Below, piece by piece: positions 46,946 through 60,000 of a DNA stretch of 64,000 bases. The stretch is from Utricularia gibba (Eukaryota > Plantae > Magnoliophyta): positions 2,976,001 through 3,040,000 of the forward strand of contig CM007991.1 in NCBI GenBank assembly GCA_002189035.1. The letters are read 5' to 3'. Each line of letters opens with the position of its first letter. Within the stretch, counting starts at the first letter, position 1. Both the position numbers and the translations under genes were made by a program. The notes under the pieces were generated by a model. That model ran no database searches, was not told where the DNA came from, and saw only the letters and a list, made by a program, of their open reading frames with translations.

Positions 46946-49513
46946 ATGGAAACTGTTGTGGATGTTGCTCAAAGGGCTACCAGTGACATGCTTATTGGTC
47001 CGGATTGGGCAATTAATATGGAACTATGTGATATCATTAACAGGGATCCTGAGTACTGATGCTCGACTTTTCTCATCATTACATTTTTCATCAAGTGAAT
47101 TGTATCTTAACAGAGTGAAATCGGATTTAGGCAAGCAAAGGAAGCACTGAAGATACTCAAGAAAAATCTGGGGAACAAAAATCCGGAAGTCCAACATCTC
47201 ACACTAGTTGTAAGTGATTACATTATATTTTTGCAACGAAGGGAAAGGAAGATTGTTGATAGGTATAATATTCTCTTATTTATTGCTGTATTTAAAATCT
47301 CATGTTTCAGGTGCTGGAGGCTCTCAGTAAGAATTGCCCTGAAAACATTTTTCAGCAGATTTCAGAGCGTGATATTTTGCATGATTTGGTCAAAATCGTA
47401 CGGAAGAAGGTAGTCCATCCTTCCTTTAGTCATACTCTTTACTTTCCCACTCTTTTATTTTCATGATTTTGATTTTTTATTCACGTGGATATTCAGCCTG
47501 ATTTACGTATGAGAGAGAAAATTCTAGAGCTGATAGATACTTGGCAAGAAGCTCTAGGAGGACCTGTAGGGAGGTTTCCCCAGTATTATGACGCTTACAG
47601 GGAACTCCTGGTGAGTAAATGTGGATTCCACTATAATTCCTTTTTCCCAGATCAGAATCTTTGGACACAAGGATTACTTGCGTGGGGTGTTTTATTGATT
47701 CATGAGTTACACAATGTAATATGCTGATCTTATACTTTGCTGGCCCTTGCATTTTAATTGAACAGTCATCCGGGATAAAATTTCCTCCCCGAGGAGAAAT
47801 AGCGTTCCAGTTTTTACTCCACCTCAGACACATCCAATAATTAGGGGTAACCTTTCGCATGAAGAAACTGCTGTTGAAAACGCTGTTGTATCTGAGACTT
47901 TTCCGCTTAGGTATACTTCAAGTCTGTTTGTTGTTAGAAGTATGAGTTTTTGTTATTTGTGATGGTTATTTAGAAATTAAATGTCTTGGTTAAGAAGATG
48001 ATCCTTCCATTGATACAGTTCGCCAGAGATCCAAAATGCTGAGGAGCTTGCTGACATTCTCAAGGAAATGCTTGCTGCCATGGATCCTACTAATCCTCAA
48101 GTTGAGTTTCCTTTTTTTTTTTTTTGGATTTCCATTTTATTCATCCGATTCATATGTGAGGAAAATTCTGCTGGTGTGAGCCCTTTTGCTTCCTCTATGC
48201 TTCATATGGCACAGAATTTTTGATATTTCTCCCAAACTAGTAAACTGTAGTGCCCCAGTGTGAAAAGAAAGTCGAATGAATAATTTGTTTGTGTCCACAT
48301 GATGTTGTAGGGTGTGAAGGATGAAGTCATTGTTGACTTAGTTGATCAGTGCCGATTGTATCAAAAACGTGTGATGATTCTCGTGAACAATACTGTGTAA
48401 GAATATCCACTCCTTGAATCAGTATTAATCAACTTTTTTTTGTTCGGCTATGAAATCTTGTCTATAATCGCTAATAGCTCCACCCTCTTGCAGAGATGAG
48501 GATCTTTTATGCAGAGGGCTGGTGTTAAATGATAAATTGCAGGATGTGCTTAGATATCATGGTGATATAGCCAATGGGAAGCACATGTCTTCTGACAGGA
48601 GGGATAAAACTTCTCCTGCACCTAATGCAACCGGGAGCCATGGTTCTGTGCCGCCACTCATGGCTGTGAATGAAAAGGATGGTGAATACGAGGATGACTT
48701 TTCACAGTTGGCACACAGGTATTTTTATGGCTTGACGTTTGTGCTTCAGTTCGCCCTCTCTCTCATGTCATGGTTTTCTTGGCATTCGTTGGTAACGTGA
48801 GCAATACCAGATCAACTAGGGATAAATCTCGAGGAGCTGTCTATAAACCAGCGAACATCAAGAGTGAGCCTGTGCAGATTAGTCCACTTCCTCCACCACC
48901 CTCTTCGAATAAAGGCATGGTATCACGTTTAGGCACTGTGGATTATCTCAGTGGTGGTATCTATGAGAAAGATGATTACTCAAAAAGACAAGGGCTGCCT
49001 CCCGCCCCTGCCCAACCAAAGAACCTGAACCCTGTTCCTGCATCAAGTTCAGGGCTATCTTCTTTTTCATCTCCAGAGGATTTCATCAATCCAACAGCAA
49101 CCCCGGATGATTTTGTCAATCCAACAGCCAAGTCAGATGATTTTGTCAATCCAACAGCCAAGTCAGATGATTTTGTCATTAATCCAACAGCCAAGTCAGA
49201 TGACTTCCTCAATCCAACTGCTGCGTCGGATGATTTCATTAATCCAACAGCATCTCTGTTTGCTGGAAAACAAAGGCATGAGGGCCCTCCAATGAAGGAG
49301 TCACTTAAGCAGTCGCCTGTTTCAGTTGCACCACAGGATGCTCCTAGCTGGGGTGGACGTGGTAGTGGTGGGTCTGGCGACGCCTTAACTGGGGCCACGC
49401 AGAATCTGTCCATCGGGAGGCCGGCACCTGGAGATTCACTTTTCAAAGACTTGGTCGACTTCGCCAAGGCCAAGACAGCATTGCCCAAGCCAGGAACGGG
49501 CAGGCCATCGTAG
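46946..49513 (+). CDS. TOM1-like (TOL) VHS-GAT ubiquitin adaptor (apparent 1-nt frameshift near 47798)
   Basis: [23 protein letters not shown] (VHS), [29 protein letters not shown] region VIVDLVDQC...[15 protein letters not shown], terminal [10 protein letters not shown]. Confidence 0.92.
49076..49252 (+). repeat. Coding tandem repeat, about six 30-bp units encoding (D/E)DF(I/V/L)NPTAxx
   Basis: Units start at 49076, 49106, 49136 (identical to the previous), 49166 (33 nt, extra ATT), 49199 and 49229. Confidence 0.95.
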
Positions 49514-49869
49514 CGCTGCTCCTGACTTGGAACATACTAGTGTAACTTTTGTTGCTCTCTGAGAATAATTCCCGTGCACAACCTGAAGCTCTGTCATTCT
49601 GTGTACTTGGTGTTTTACGTATGTCGCCTCATCTCTCTTTCGTACTGGATCATCTATGCATGAAGCTGTATCTTTCTGTTGTGGGGCAAAGCTGATTCGA
49701 TTCTCGCCCATGAATTTGAAGCAGGTGGTGCTTCTGATCACGCGCCTATGGGATCACCTTCCTCGCACGGCCCCAGTGTTCATCAAGAGAGTACCTTTTT
49801 TCTTTCACCCTCTTTCTCCTCTTCTACCACCCAAAGATAGCACTTCCATGTGATGTTAACCTTCCTTCC

Positions 49870-51044
49870 GTTAGCTACGCCGAAACCCGCGAACCTTCAG
49901 TAGCTTCTCCGCGTCCTCCGCCGCTGGAGGGCGGAATTGTGTTGCAGAGAACTGGGATGGTAGATGATGATGGAGTGATGCCAGAGGATTTCTTGGTGGG
50001 TGAAATTGATGAATCCCTGATAAATACTCCGTCAATGGAAAAGCAAAACAGTTCTGAGAACAGATCGACGAGACTAAAGAATTTTACGGTCAGTGATGAG
50101 AGCATGAAGCATCCCATTCCTTGCTTGGTCAATGTGGTTTACCTCCTTGGGACGAATAACTCTTTGGGTGGTGATTTCGATAGGCATTGCCCCTGAAAAT
50201 AGTCAAGGTCTGGACTGTATCTAAATAACATAGACTACACTAGGCACGTCCATGGTTCCCAGCAGTCTTTCTGAAGATGTGTATCGTTCGCTTCCAGGAG
50301 AACGGCAGCGGATCGAATGCTGCAGACTGGTCAGCTTGCCTGCATACCCCACCACAACGACTGCATTCGATTCAAATGGATGCTCTCGAGTCTCCGAGGG
50401 AAATGTACGAAGCAGACACAAGGTATTGGAATGAAATCTTCAAGGAGACATCGGCGCGCTTCACCTACATGAGTAAAACATGCAGAATGTGATGGGCATG
50501 AGAGCTGGATATGGAGGGTAACAACTAATTCTTTAAGCCAAGCTCTCACGTACAATACGACTCTGGCTGAGTTTTCTCCTGTTTCAGGCTTGCAGCAGCC
50601 TTAGTTGATTTCATGGTAGACTGTTGTTGGGTGATGAATGTTGCACCAGTAAGTGTTAAGAACCATTTCCTGTGGGTATGATGCAACTCATACCAGTAAG
50701 TTCTCCTTGTTCCCTGATTAGGTTTTACACGTGGCTCATGTCTCAGGTGTGAGCCATTTGGCACTTACCCCAGAATATATGATCTATTGAACGCTGCAGG
50801 TCGCTTACCAAGGGCTGTCAACCCTTCTTAGAACTGCTTTCCAGGTATATCACGAACATCATTATTGAGATGGATCGGATGTTAAGACCAGGTGGTCCTG
50901 TCTCATACGAGACACTCAGCCTGTGTGATACACAAGCTTAAGGAGATCACAGATGCAGTGGGATGGAGTAGGTTGGCGTTCGATTCTGAAGAAGGGCCTC
51001 TTTCAAACCAGATGATTTTAGTTGGTGAGAAGATGGGCAATTGA
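49870..51044 (+). pseudogene. Decayed PMT-family (DUF248) SAM methyltransferase, PMT10/11/12-like
   Basis: Fragments only: LQRTGMVDDDGVMPEDFLVGE, SMKHPIPCL, RHCPE, RLHSIQMDALESPREMYEADTRYWNEI, IIIEMDRMLRPGG, VGW...SEEGP...ILVGEK*. The central SAM-binding region is missing and the frames are broken. Confidence 0.8.
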
Positions 51045-51222
51045 CCATGTAATGTGGGAAGGGGAATGAACCTGCATGCATATAGTGAACTTATTGTACA
51101 TCAGCCTCAATTTGCTGTACTGAAAATATCCATAATTTAGAGTAAACCTTTGGATAAAAGAAACATCATTTGAAACCAACTGAACAGTCAAAATAAGCAA
51201 AAGGCTTGCCTTTTTTCATTAA

Positions 51223-52163
51223 CTAAGACTTGCACTTTGAACCGGTTGATGCAGCAGTGTTCACCTGTCTCGATAGATAGGCCTCATAGATCTGCACAAC
51301 CACACGAGGATCCTTCTCCACAAGCTCAATGTATTCTTCACGCTTGCTGAGTTTGTCCATATTCTCCATGATCAAAGACAATGCTGCTTCCTGCAAATTG
51401 CTTGCTCCATGCTGGTGAGCAAATGCGTAGATTGGGAGGGAGTTCTCCCAGTTGAGCTTTGACATCAAATATCTCTCGCAGTAATTCTTGAGATGCTTCA
51501 CTTGGTATTTCTCAGCCAAAACTAAGAGATCGCACGCCAATTGCTCGTCGAGGGAGGCTTCAGCAGAGTACAGATAGTTCACAAAGGCTCGAAGCGCTTC
51601 ATAGGAGACATCGCTGATTTTGATCGTTCCACTGAGGCTTTCCTCCATTTCGTTCTCCAGCATCGCCCGGAAAACAGGAGATCGACTTGCCTGGTGCAGA
51701 AACAAGAGAGAATTAAAACGCAAGATGTGATTTCAGGCCTAAAATATAAATGAACGATAACTTTTACCAGAAGAGCCCTATGGGCGGGGATTGCAGATGA
51801 TGCACAATGCGGTTTTCTAGAATCCGGTGGATTAGACGCAACCAAAACGACGTCCGAGAAACAGGATGTGTCAGGTTTGGAAACTCCACTCGGCCCAACG
51901 CAGAGCAGTCGCAAAAAATTCACCTTTGCCTTGAGTTCGTCGATTTCGCGCTTGAGTTCCTCCTCCGCCTCTCCAGCTTCGTCATAGCAATCGCGACACG
52001 TTCCAGCCTCTCGACCGCAGTACTCCTCCTTACAGGACAAGCAATTCATCCTGAGTAACACTTCGTCCTCCTCGTCGACCTCTTCCTCATCGGACTCCTC
52101 GTCGGTTTCTGGATTCGGATCGGCAGCCCGCCGCCTCCGCTCATGCCTCAGACGCCGCATCAT
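51223..52163 (-). CDS. BTB/POZ domain protein (At4g08455-like)
   Basis: Exons 52163-51768 and 51690-51223. CLSCKEEY...GTCRDCYDEA...ELKREIDELKAKVNFL, IPAHRALLASRSPVFRAML, LAEKYQVKHLK. Confidence 0.9.
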
Positions 52164-53151
52164 TTCCGATTCTCCTCAACGTTGCCGTCAGTGCCCTTGT
52201 ATTTCTTATTTTTCAATTCTTTCTTGAGAAAGATATACCCTAGTTCTGATATTTGATCCCCCCAGTCGACGGTAACTAACCGACACGTGGCAGTAACCTA
52301 TGGCCCACACGGAGGACTAATTCGCATATCCAATAATCATGATTCAAATTCTCAGCATCAGCAATAATGACAAGGAGCTGGCCGGAAGATTGTCCAAATG
52401 TTGCCCTAACTGGTTCTCCCCCTTGCTCCATATGCAGCTACCAGAACAGGAAAAGCTCAGGAATATGGATGGATGGCGTAGAGAAGAAAGTAAATGCACC
52501 TCGGTTCATGGCGACCCGTCAACACCATCTGCATTTCCTATCATTACACTCCTTGCCCTTGTGCACTTCCTGCTGCCAATTCATTTGAGAGCATGGCTTC
52601 ATGATTCTCCTCCCATTGGAAACCAGGTCCCTGTTTATGAAGGCAATATAGTGAACTGGATTCAGGTAATGTTTAATGTTATGGAGGCAACCCTACACTC
52701 TCCTGTGAGCTCATATCTTGGGAGGAGAAGGGGTTATTTGCAATGGCCGTTTTGGAAAACCTAAAAGAGGAAGCAAAAGCTTTGTCTTCATGCATGTGAA
52801 ATAGCAGTTGGGGTAGAGATGTCTTCCTTTTCAACTTCAGTTGCGTGTGAGACATACACGAACTGGTGATAAAAACCCTAGAAATATGGACTACAATATG
52901 CAAATTCCCTTCCCCAGTCTCCCTTTCCCTTGCTTTCCATATTTTGCCTCAAGCCTCCCCCATTCACCCTCTCTCTCATACTGGTCTGTCTGTGTGCATC
53001 TCCTTGTGAGGTTTCTCTCTAATTCTTCGAACAGATCTTTCCTACTGATCCCACAGAGGAAAACAAGGTTGATTGTCATGCTACTCGGTTCAAACTTTCT
53101 TAAACCAGAAACTTCAAGCTCACAGTGGTAGATTTTGCATTTGGATGAAAT

Positions 53152-54355
53152 ATGGGAAGAGGGAAGATTGAGGTGAAGAGGATCGAGAGCACCACTAACA
53201 GGCAGGTGACTTTCTCCAAGCGAAGGGCGGGGCTTATGAAGAAGACACATGAGCTCTCTGTTCTCTGCGATGCTCAGATTGGGCTGATTGTCTTCTCAAG
53301 CAAGGGGAAGCTCACTGAGTACACCACACCTCCTCTAAGGTACGGTAACCTCTCCCTGGATGGATATAGATGAAGATCTGGAGTGCAGACCATTTCTTAC
53401 AAGTATTTGATCAGTTGTTTCTTGTCTGGACAGCATGAAGGAGATCATAGACAAGTATTACAAGACGCGAGGGCTTCACTTTCCGGACAACAACACTGCA
53501 GCTGGATCCGCAGTGGGTTTGTACAGTGTCAGTAACACGAATCTTTTTTCTTTTCAAAATTTCACTTTCTGAACAAAATAGTGATAGTGTTAAAACTAGC
53601 TCAGGAAAGAATGCACCAAGAGCTTGCCAAGATGAAGAAAGAGACTCTGAATCTTGAGCTGAGCCTTCAAAGGTACAAAGGTTATGACTTATGCAGTGTG
53701 CAGTTCGAAGAGCTGAATCGAATCGAGCAGCAGCTCCAGCATTCCGTTCTCAAAGTTCGATCACGAAAAGTAAAAAAAAACATAGTAAACTCTTCATTTT
53801 TTGTTCAAGAATCTCACTTCTAGACATGGCTAGGTGGTCACTGACACCATTCTTCCCTTTCTAGTTTCAACTTCTCCATGAGCAACTAGAGAATCTGAAG
53901 AGAACGGTAGCAGATTGTTTTAAGTTTGCATCTTTTTGAGTATTTCATGTGGTTTCAGACTCTGCTTTTGTGAAATAGGAAAGCATGTTGGAGAAGGAGA
54001 ACCAAGAAATGTACCGATGGGTAAAGTTTCCCTTACTCCCTTCACATTAGCATCACCATCTGCCATAAGCTTGATTTGATTCCATGATCAGTTGATGAGC
54101 AATCAGCTTCAGAATCAAGCAGAAGTTGAGAGTCAGCAGCACCAGGGCATGACTGCTGTGAAGCTCCTGGATCATCAGCAGGAGCCATTGTTGAATCAGT
54201 TCCTCTTCTCAAGAGAAGATCTTCAGCTTGGAACTCTCCCTCTTCACCCTCACTCTTCCCATCTGCAGCAGACACATCCAAATCTCCAAGGCTTTGGTCT
54301 CGGTATACGTATGCCTGATTTCATTCCACTTTCTGATAACTCCAAGTGGAGCTAG
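53152..54355 (+). CDS. MIKC MADS-box factor, B-sister (TT16/ABS/FBP24) clade
   Basis: Exons 53152-53339, 53434-53512, 53605-53769, 53865-53906, 53980-54021, 54092-54355. [12 protein letters not shown]...[28 protein letters not shown]-box, C-terminal LQQTHPNLQ. Confidence 0.88.
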
Positions 54356-54996
54356 CTATCGCTATTCTGATATCACAGGTTGATTCTCTGATGAAACCTG
54401 AGTATGAGCAGAATGGATTTGGACCTAGGAGGCATGTTGATATCGCTTATGATGATCAAAACATGTATCAAACTCTATTTTGTCTTAGTTGATACCACTG
54501 CTAGCCGTACAATTGGGCTGGTAAGCCCGGTTGGATTCGGGCTGGACCCGAAAAAACACATGGGACTAACTAAAATCAGGCTTGCTGTTAGAATCCCAAA
54601 TTCTCAATTTCGTGCTTCCCAAACCGCAACATGTTTAATCCTTTGTAGCCAATTAGAATCGCCACCGGTTGTAGACTTATTTCAGCGCCTCCGCGGCTCC
54701 GCCACCCGTTACTCAGCCGGAAGTATCATTTGCTTGGTGGCGGGGTGCTACTGCAAGCGACATTACAGTTCAGATCATCAACAGGAACTACTCAGGAGAA
54801 AGAACCAAGAACCCATAACTGGCTCATTCAAAAGAACAAACATCAGTTTGCATCATCTACGGAGAGATGATCGCCAAGTTAACGCGCAGGACAGAAACTT
54901 CACATCCCTTGAATTTTCTACATCGATGGCCGTATTACCTTTTCACTTACTGTTCTTGTAGTTACAATTGACCACCCACAGGGTCACTGGACATGG

Positions 54997-56206
54997 TTAC
55001 ATTGGTTTCCAAGCGGATAGCAGCTCCTGGAACAACTCTACCACAAGCTCACGGTCTGCTTGTTTGATGAAGCTACTCATTTCTTCTCGAACATCGTAAA
55101 TTTTTCCGAAGTCAAGCAGGTATGTCAAGCATCCCTTTTTCAACTTATCTAGTTCATACAGCCAGGCCTCCTGCAGCCTCTCCAGCACATTCCCTGAGTT
55201 TATGTCCTCTAAAAGGCTTTCTTCACATGCATCCTTCAAATCAACAATGTCATACTTGTTAGCTGCAGCCAACAATGACAGTCTGTGTTTCCAAAAATCG
55301 CCGGGTTGTATCGTCCCATACAAGTATCTCAGTAGAACCATACAAGATTCAGTTGTCATGTCCTCAATGCCAATCGCGGATGATTCTTTCTCTCTCAAGT
55401 CATGTTGGAACATACTGTAGAAAACAGGAGAACTTGCAGACAGAATCGCTTTGTGAGCCCTTAATGTTCCGTTAGCAGTATTGATATCAACATCCGCAAG
55501 AATCAACTCCTCAAGCATGTGGGAGAGACATCTCAGAGAGCTTTGAGTCGCTAGATTCTGCATCGAACCGTCAAATGGCCATATTGAGCTTGGTTCCCCG
55601 CCCTGGAATTATACATGAACGAACTTAAAGCCATTGCAGATCGCTTGGTAGGTAGATGAGATTGGACGTATTAAAAAAGCCTCACATTCATAGGGTAGAT
55701 CTTAAGATCCAAAAACTCAACATCGATGATAAATCTGCCTGCAGTACTGATATCAACCGAGCACGCAAAGTCGTCACTTGTCCGGAGCACTCTTTCATGA
55801 ACTGCGATTTCCAGAAGGCAAGCTCCGATGGGAAGAGGCCAAAAAAAATCAGAAATCAGGAAGAGTCGTAGAATCAACTACCTGGAGACACGTAGGGTCT
55901 GCGATTGGATCCGGAAGTAGTGACCCGAAAAACAAAGCGCGCGACTGGCGGCTGCTCCTTGGATACCCGCGATGACTCTGGAAACAGTCTGATGAACATG
56001 GAGCGGTTCCTCTCCACCGTCAAATGCCTGTGAAATTGGGAGGAGCTATTAGGAAACGAAAAACCGCGCGAAAATCCTAAAATTACTAACCAGTTCCAAA
56101 TGCCCATCTTGAAGGGATCGGATCTTTTGTAGGATGCAGTTACCCCGAAGCTGTCGATTTTCCATTGCGCCAGTCTTGCAATTGTATCCACCTTCAAGTC
56201 CGCCAT
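54997..56206 (-). CDS. BTB/POZ domain protein (At1g21780-like)
   Basis: IARLAQWKID...SDPFKMGIWNW, IRLFPE...EQPPVARF, GRFIIDVEFLDLKI, LRAHKAILSASSPVF, LERLQEAWLYEL. Confidence 0.9.
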
Positions 56207-56422
56207 TTTTTCTCCCCGAGAAGGAATCCGAAAACAAAATTCTAGTACTGTCTACTGCTGGTGGCTAAATTGCAGAAGCGGTGCCAATGGATCCGATTGA
56301 ACGGATCCATTTAACCCGGATCCATTCACACAGTTAACCGTAGAAGAGAAGGGGCTTTGACGCAATTCCTTGTATTTGTGAGGGGGCTTCGGAAAATAAC
56401 GTCGGCCTTTCATATGCAGTAG

Positions 56423-56825
<403 letters not shown>

Positions 56826-57016
56826 AGATCATTGGGATTGATCAAATACTGCTCTTTGAACTTCAATTTTCTGTTATGTTACACAGACTCCCATTTGGGT
56901 TGAAAGGAATGTACTATTCTGTTCGTATCCCATTTCTTTGTTAGCATTAAAAGATTAGTAATCACTACGAAGAGGACCTGCTCCGCTGATGTTGGAACTT
57001 CATCCCCAAGGTTAGC

Positions 57017-60000
57017 TTACTGTGTGTGAGCATGGCGACCTGTGTTCTGGGAAACCGGGGGCTTTTTGTAGTTACTGAAGCTCCCCAACTTCCAGATTTC
57101 TTCTGATGACAATGCAAAGGCGCCGGAGCTCAAATAATGCTGAGAAGCTCGCGATCTGCGTTGCATAACAAATGATGAACTTATAGTCTTAGTGGTTGAG
57201 CATCCACGAGAACCATCTTGGAAAGGCAGAGTTACCTTCGTCGCTTTTGGCTGACTCCGTGATCGGATAGACCGGAGCATTCATATCTTGAAATTTGACT
57301 CAAGGTAGACATGTATTCATGAAATGCGACACCCTTTGCTGAAAGGTATGATTTAGGAGGCACCAAGGTTTGGAGCAGATCGTGTAGGCTGGTGTCTGTG
57401 TTGTGGTTTCTGAAAGAGAACAGGATCGGATTTATGGAACGAAAAAAACACTAACAACGAATCCACTCCATTTTCTATGATTGATTTCGTACCTTGCTAA
57501 GAGGTTGGGGCCATTGCTCGATCTCCATTCCAATGTGTCAACTTTCCTTCGATCAAGAGATGCTAGTTTCCCAAGGGCAGTTGAACTCCTTGAGTGCATC
57601 AGCATCTCTGAAGCTAAATCTAGGCGCTCCGTGGACTCTGAGGATACATCAGACGATGCCATTTCTCTGGCATAGAAGCACATTCCATGCTCAGCAACAA
57701 CAGAAGACATCTCTAGTTGACTGTAGGCATGATCATGTAATTTCTCTGTAAGGTTCTCCCAAGAATCCTGAAAAGTTAAGTGAACAGGTCATTTCATAAC
57801 GCAGACAATAACTCGAACTAGAAACATTATTGGTAAAAGTGCTAACAGATACTACAGCTCCGCAGTCTCTGAGTAGTAAATCAGCTTCTGAAACTAGAGC
57901 ACTCAAGGAATGAGTGAGGTTTAACAGTTGGGAAGCGCTTTTCTCCTGTGCAGTAACATGACACCTTAAGCTTTGGCGTTCATTCTGTAGCCTTTGCCAT
58001 GATTCTTTCGGCTCATTAGCTTCACAACTGTCAAGTGATTTATGCATTCGTACGACATTCGCACGACTACACTCATCCAATGGCTGATACTCCATAGGGG
58101 CATCTGCCTCAGTTTGTGAGAACGAATCCCCAACTCTCTCTCCAGTAGTAGTTGTACCAGCACCACAATTACTGCTTTCCAGTATGTCCAGGTTGCTGTC
58201 CAGCATACGGAAAGGCATTGGCTGAGCACCATCTTTAGGTTTGGCTAGGGGCAATGGATTGTGGTCTGCAAAGGCAAAGCTGGATTCTCTGTCAATGACT
58301 GAAGTACAGTAAGACAGAGTGCCACTAGATAACTCTGTTTCTTGAATGATCTCTGTCTCAGGGACAACCGAAGATGATAATAGTGGCGTATCTTTAGATT
58401 CGCAGGGATCTTCAAGATGACGTATTTGCTGAACTGGAATTTGGTGCATTTCACTTAGTATATAATTAGAGAAAGTCCCATTGTCCTTGCATGGTAGCTC
58501 TGCATCAGTATTACATGCTTCATCATCTTCATCGTCTGAAGAACCGGGAATGTACTTTCTCTGTGCACTGCGCTTAGAAAATGCAATAGGAGAGCAGTAG
58601 AAATTACAAGGACTGAGATTCAGATCAAACAGGTGAGATTCAACTCTGTCAGGTGAGTGCGTCCTCAGTATCATCTCCTTTTTGAGCACTACATCATCCT
58701 TAGTCTCTACCACGGAATCTTTCTCAGCCGTTAGAATCAAAGACTTGTCAATCTCCTCTGCCACAATATCAGAGAGCAGCGAACGGTAGCCACAGGGGAT
58801 CACCCTGGGAAGGATATTATGCCCAGCCTCAATATCAAACAAAACTGGTGAATATGTAGACTGCAGTTGCTTTCCTGCAAGATGTTCAACCATTATAATA
58901 CTTGTAATCATGACAGAAATGCAAGAAAATTTTTGACATCATCCAGAAGAATCCAATATAGAGAAACAAGTTACCCAGAAAGAATATGCTACTGTAGTGA
59001 AATATGGCTTTGGTGAAACATTTATGAGAGACGAGAGCAAAATGAGAAAATAAATTATGGAAAATTCTGCATTTATACATCCTCACATCTACTTGCTAAC
59101 TACAAAACCAGAATCATAGCTGCAAAGAAGTGAGGGGCAAACAGACGTTGAGTAAGTACCCATGTCAGGTGCTAGACCCTGGCACCAAAACTGCAGAAGA
59201 AGTATAGTTTTACGAATGTCTCCCTGACAGTGCCGAACACATCTTTCAACAAAACAGGGATGCGGATTGACTTTTTCTGTGGCACAAATCTAGTGGGGCA
59301 TCACAGAAATGTCCGAAGGTGAGAAAGAGAACATATTTTTACAACAAATAGGAAACCCATACCATATAGGCAAGCCCAAGAAGCTCATCCACTGATGGAA
59401 CAGTAAACCTGACTTGCGATCTGCTCAAATTCTTTGGAAGCACAGGGTTTTCACCTAATGAAATAAACTAGTTTATTGCTTATAATGATGATGATACTCG
59501 TAGATAATTATTTAATCACAATAACAGTGATTAATTGCGTATCTGTGAAAGCAAATGAAGATTTATAAATGACAATATGAATTCTTACTGTTGCTGGTGA
59601 GTATAATGGGTCTTTTCGAAGTTGCTGCTAGCTGCTGTATGGAGGTAATAAATCCATGGTCCTCTGAAAGTGAAGCATCCACATCTTCAAAAAGAACCAT
59701 AGCTTTAATCTCATTTGGACTACAAGCAGGGGTGTTCTCCACCGAAACAGCCTTCAAGTGCCATGAAGTATCTTGAGAAGTTTCATCATTTAATGCCACT
59801 AGTTTATTTACTTCCGCATCAGAGCAAGGAGTACCCAAAGAACAATCTTCTCTGAACTTAGATGGGGATGACCCACACTTGGCAGCCATTTCTACTCCAC
59901 TGAAATGAAATGCAGATTTCATTAAGAAAAAAAAAAAAGAAAATCTGGAATAGAGTGATAAAATCTACACTGACCCTTGAAGCCAATGAGACTCCATAGC

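Noticed and set aside
48976-49488. 170-aa minus-strand ORF with repeats
   Set aside because: It is the antisense shadow of the TOL coding repeat.
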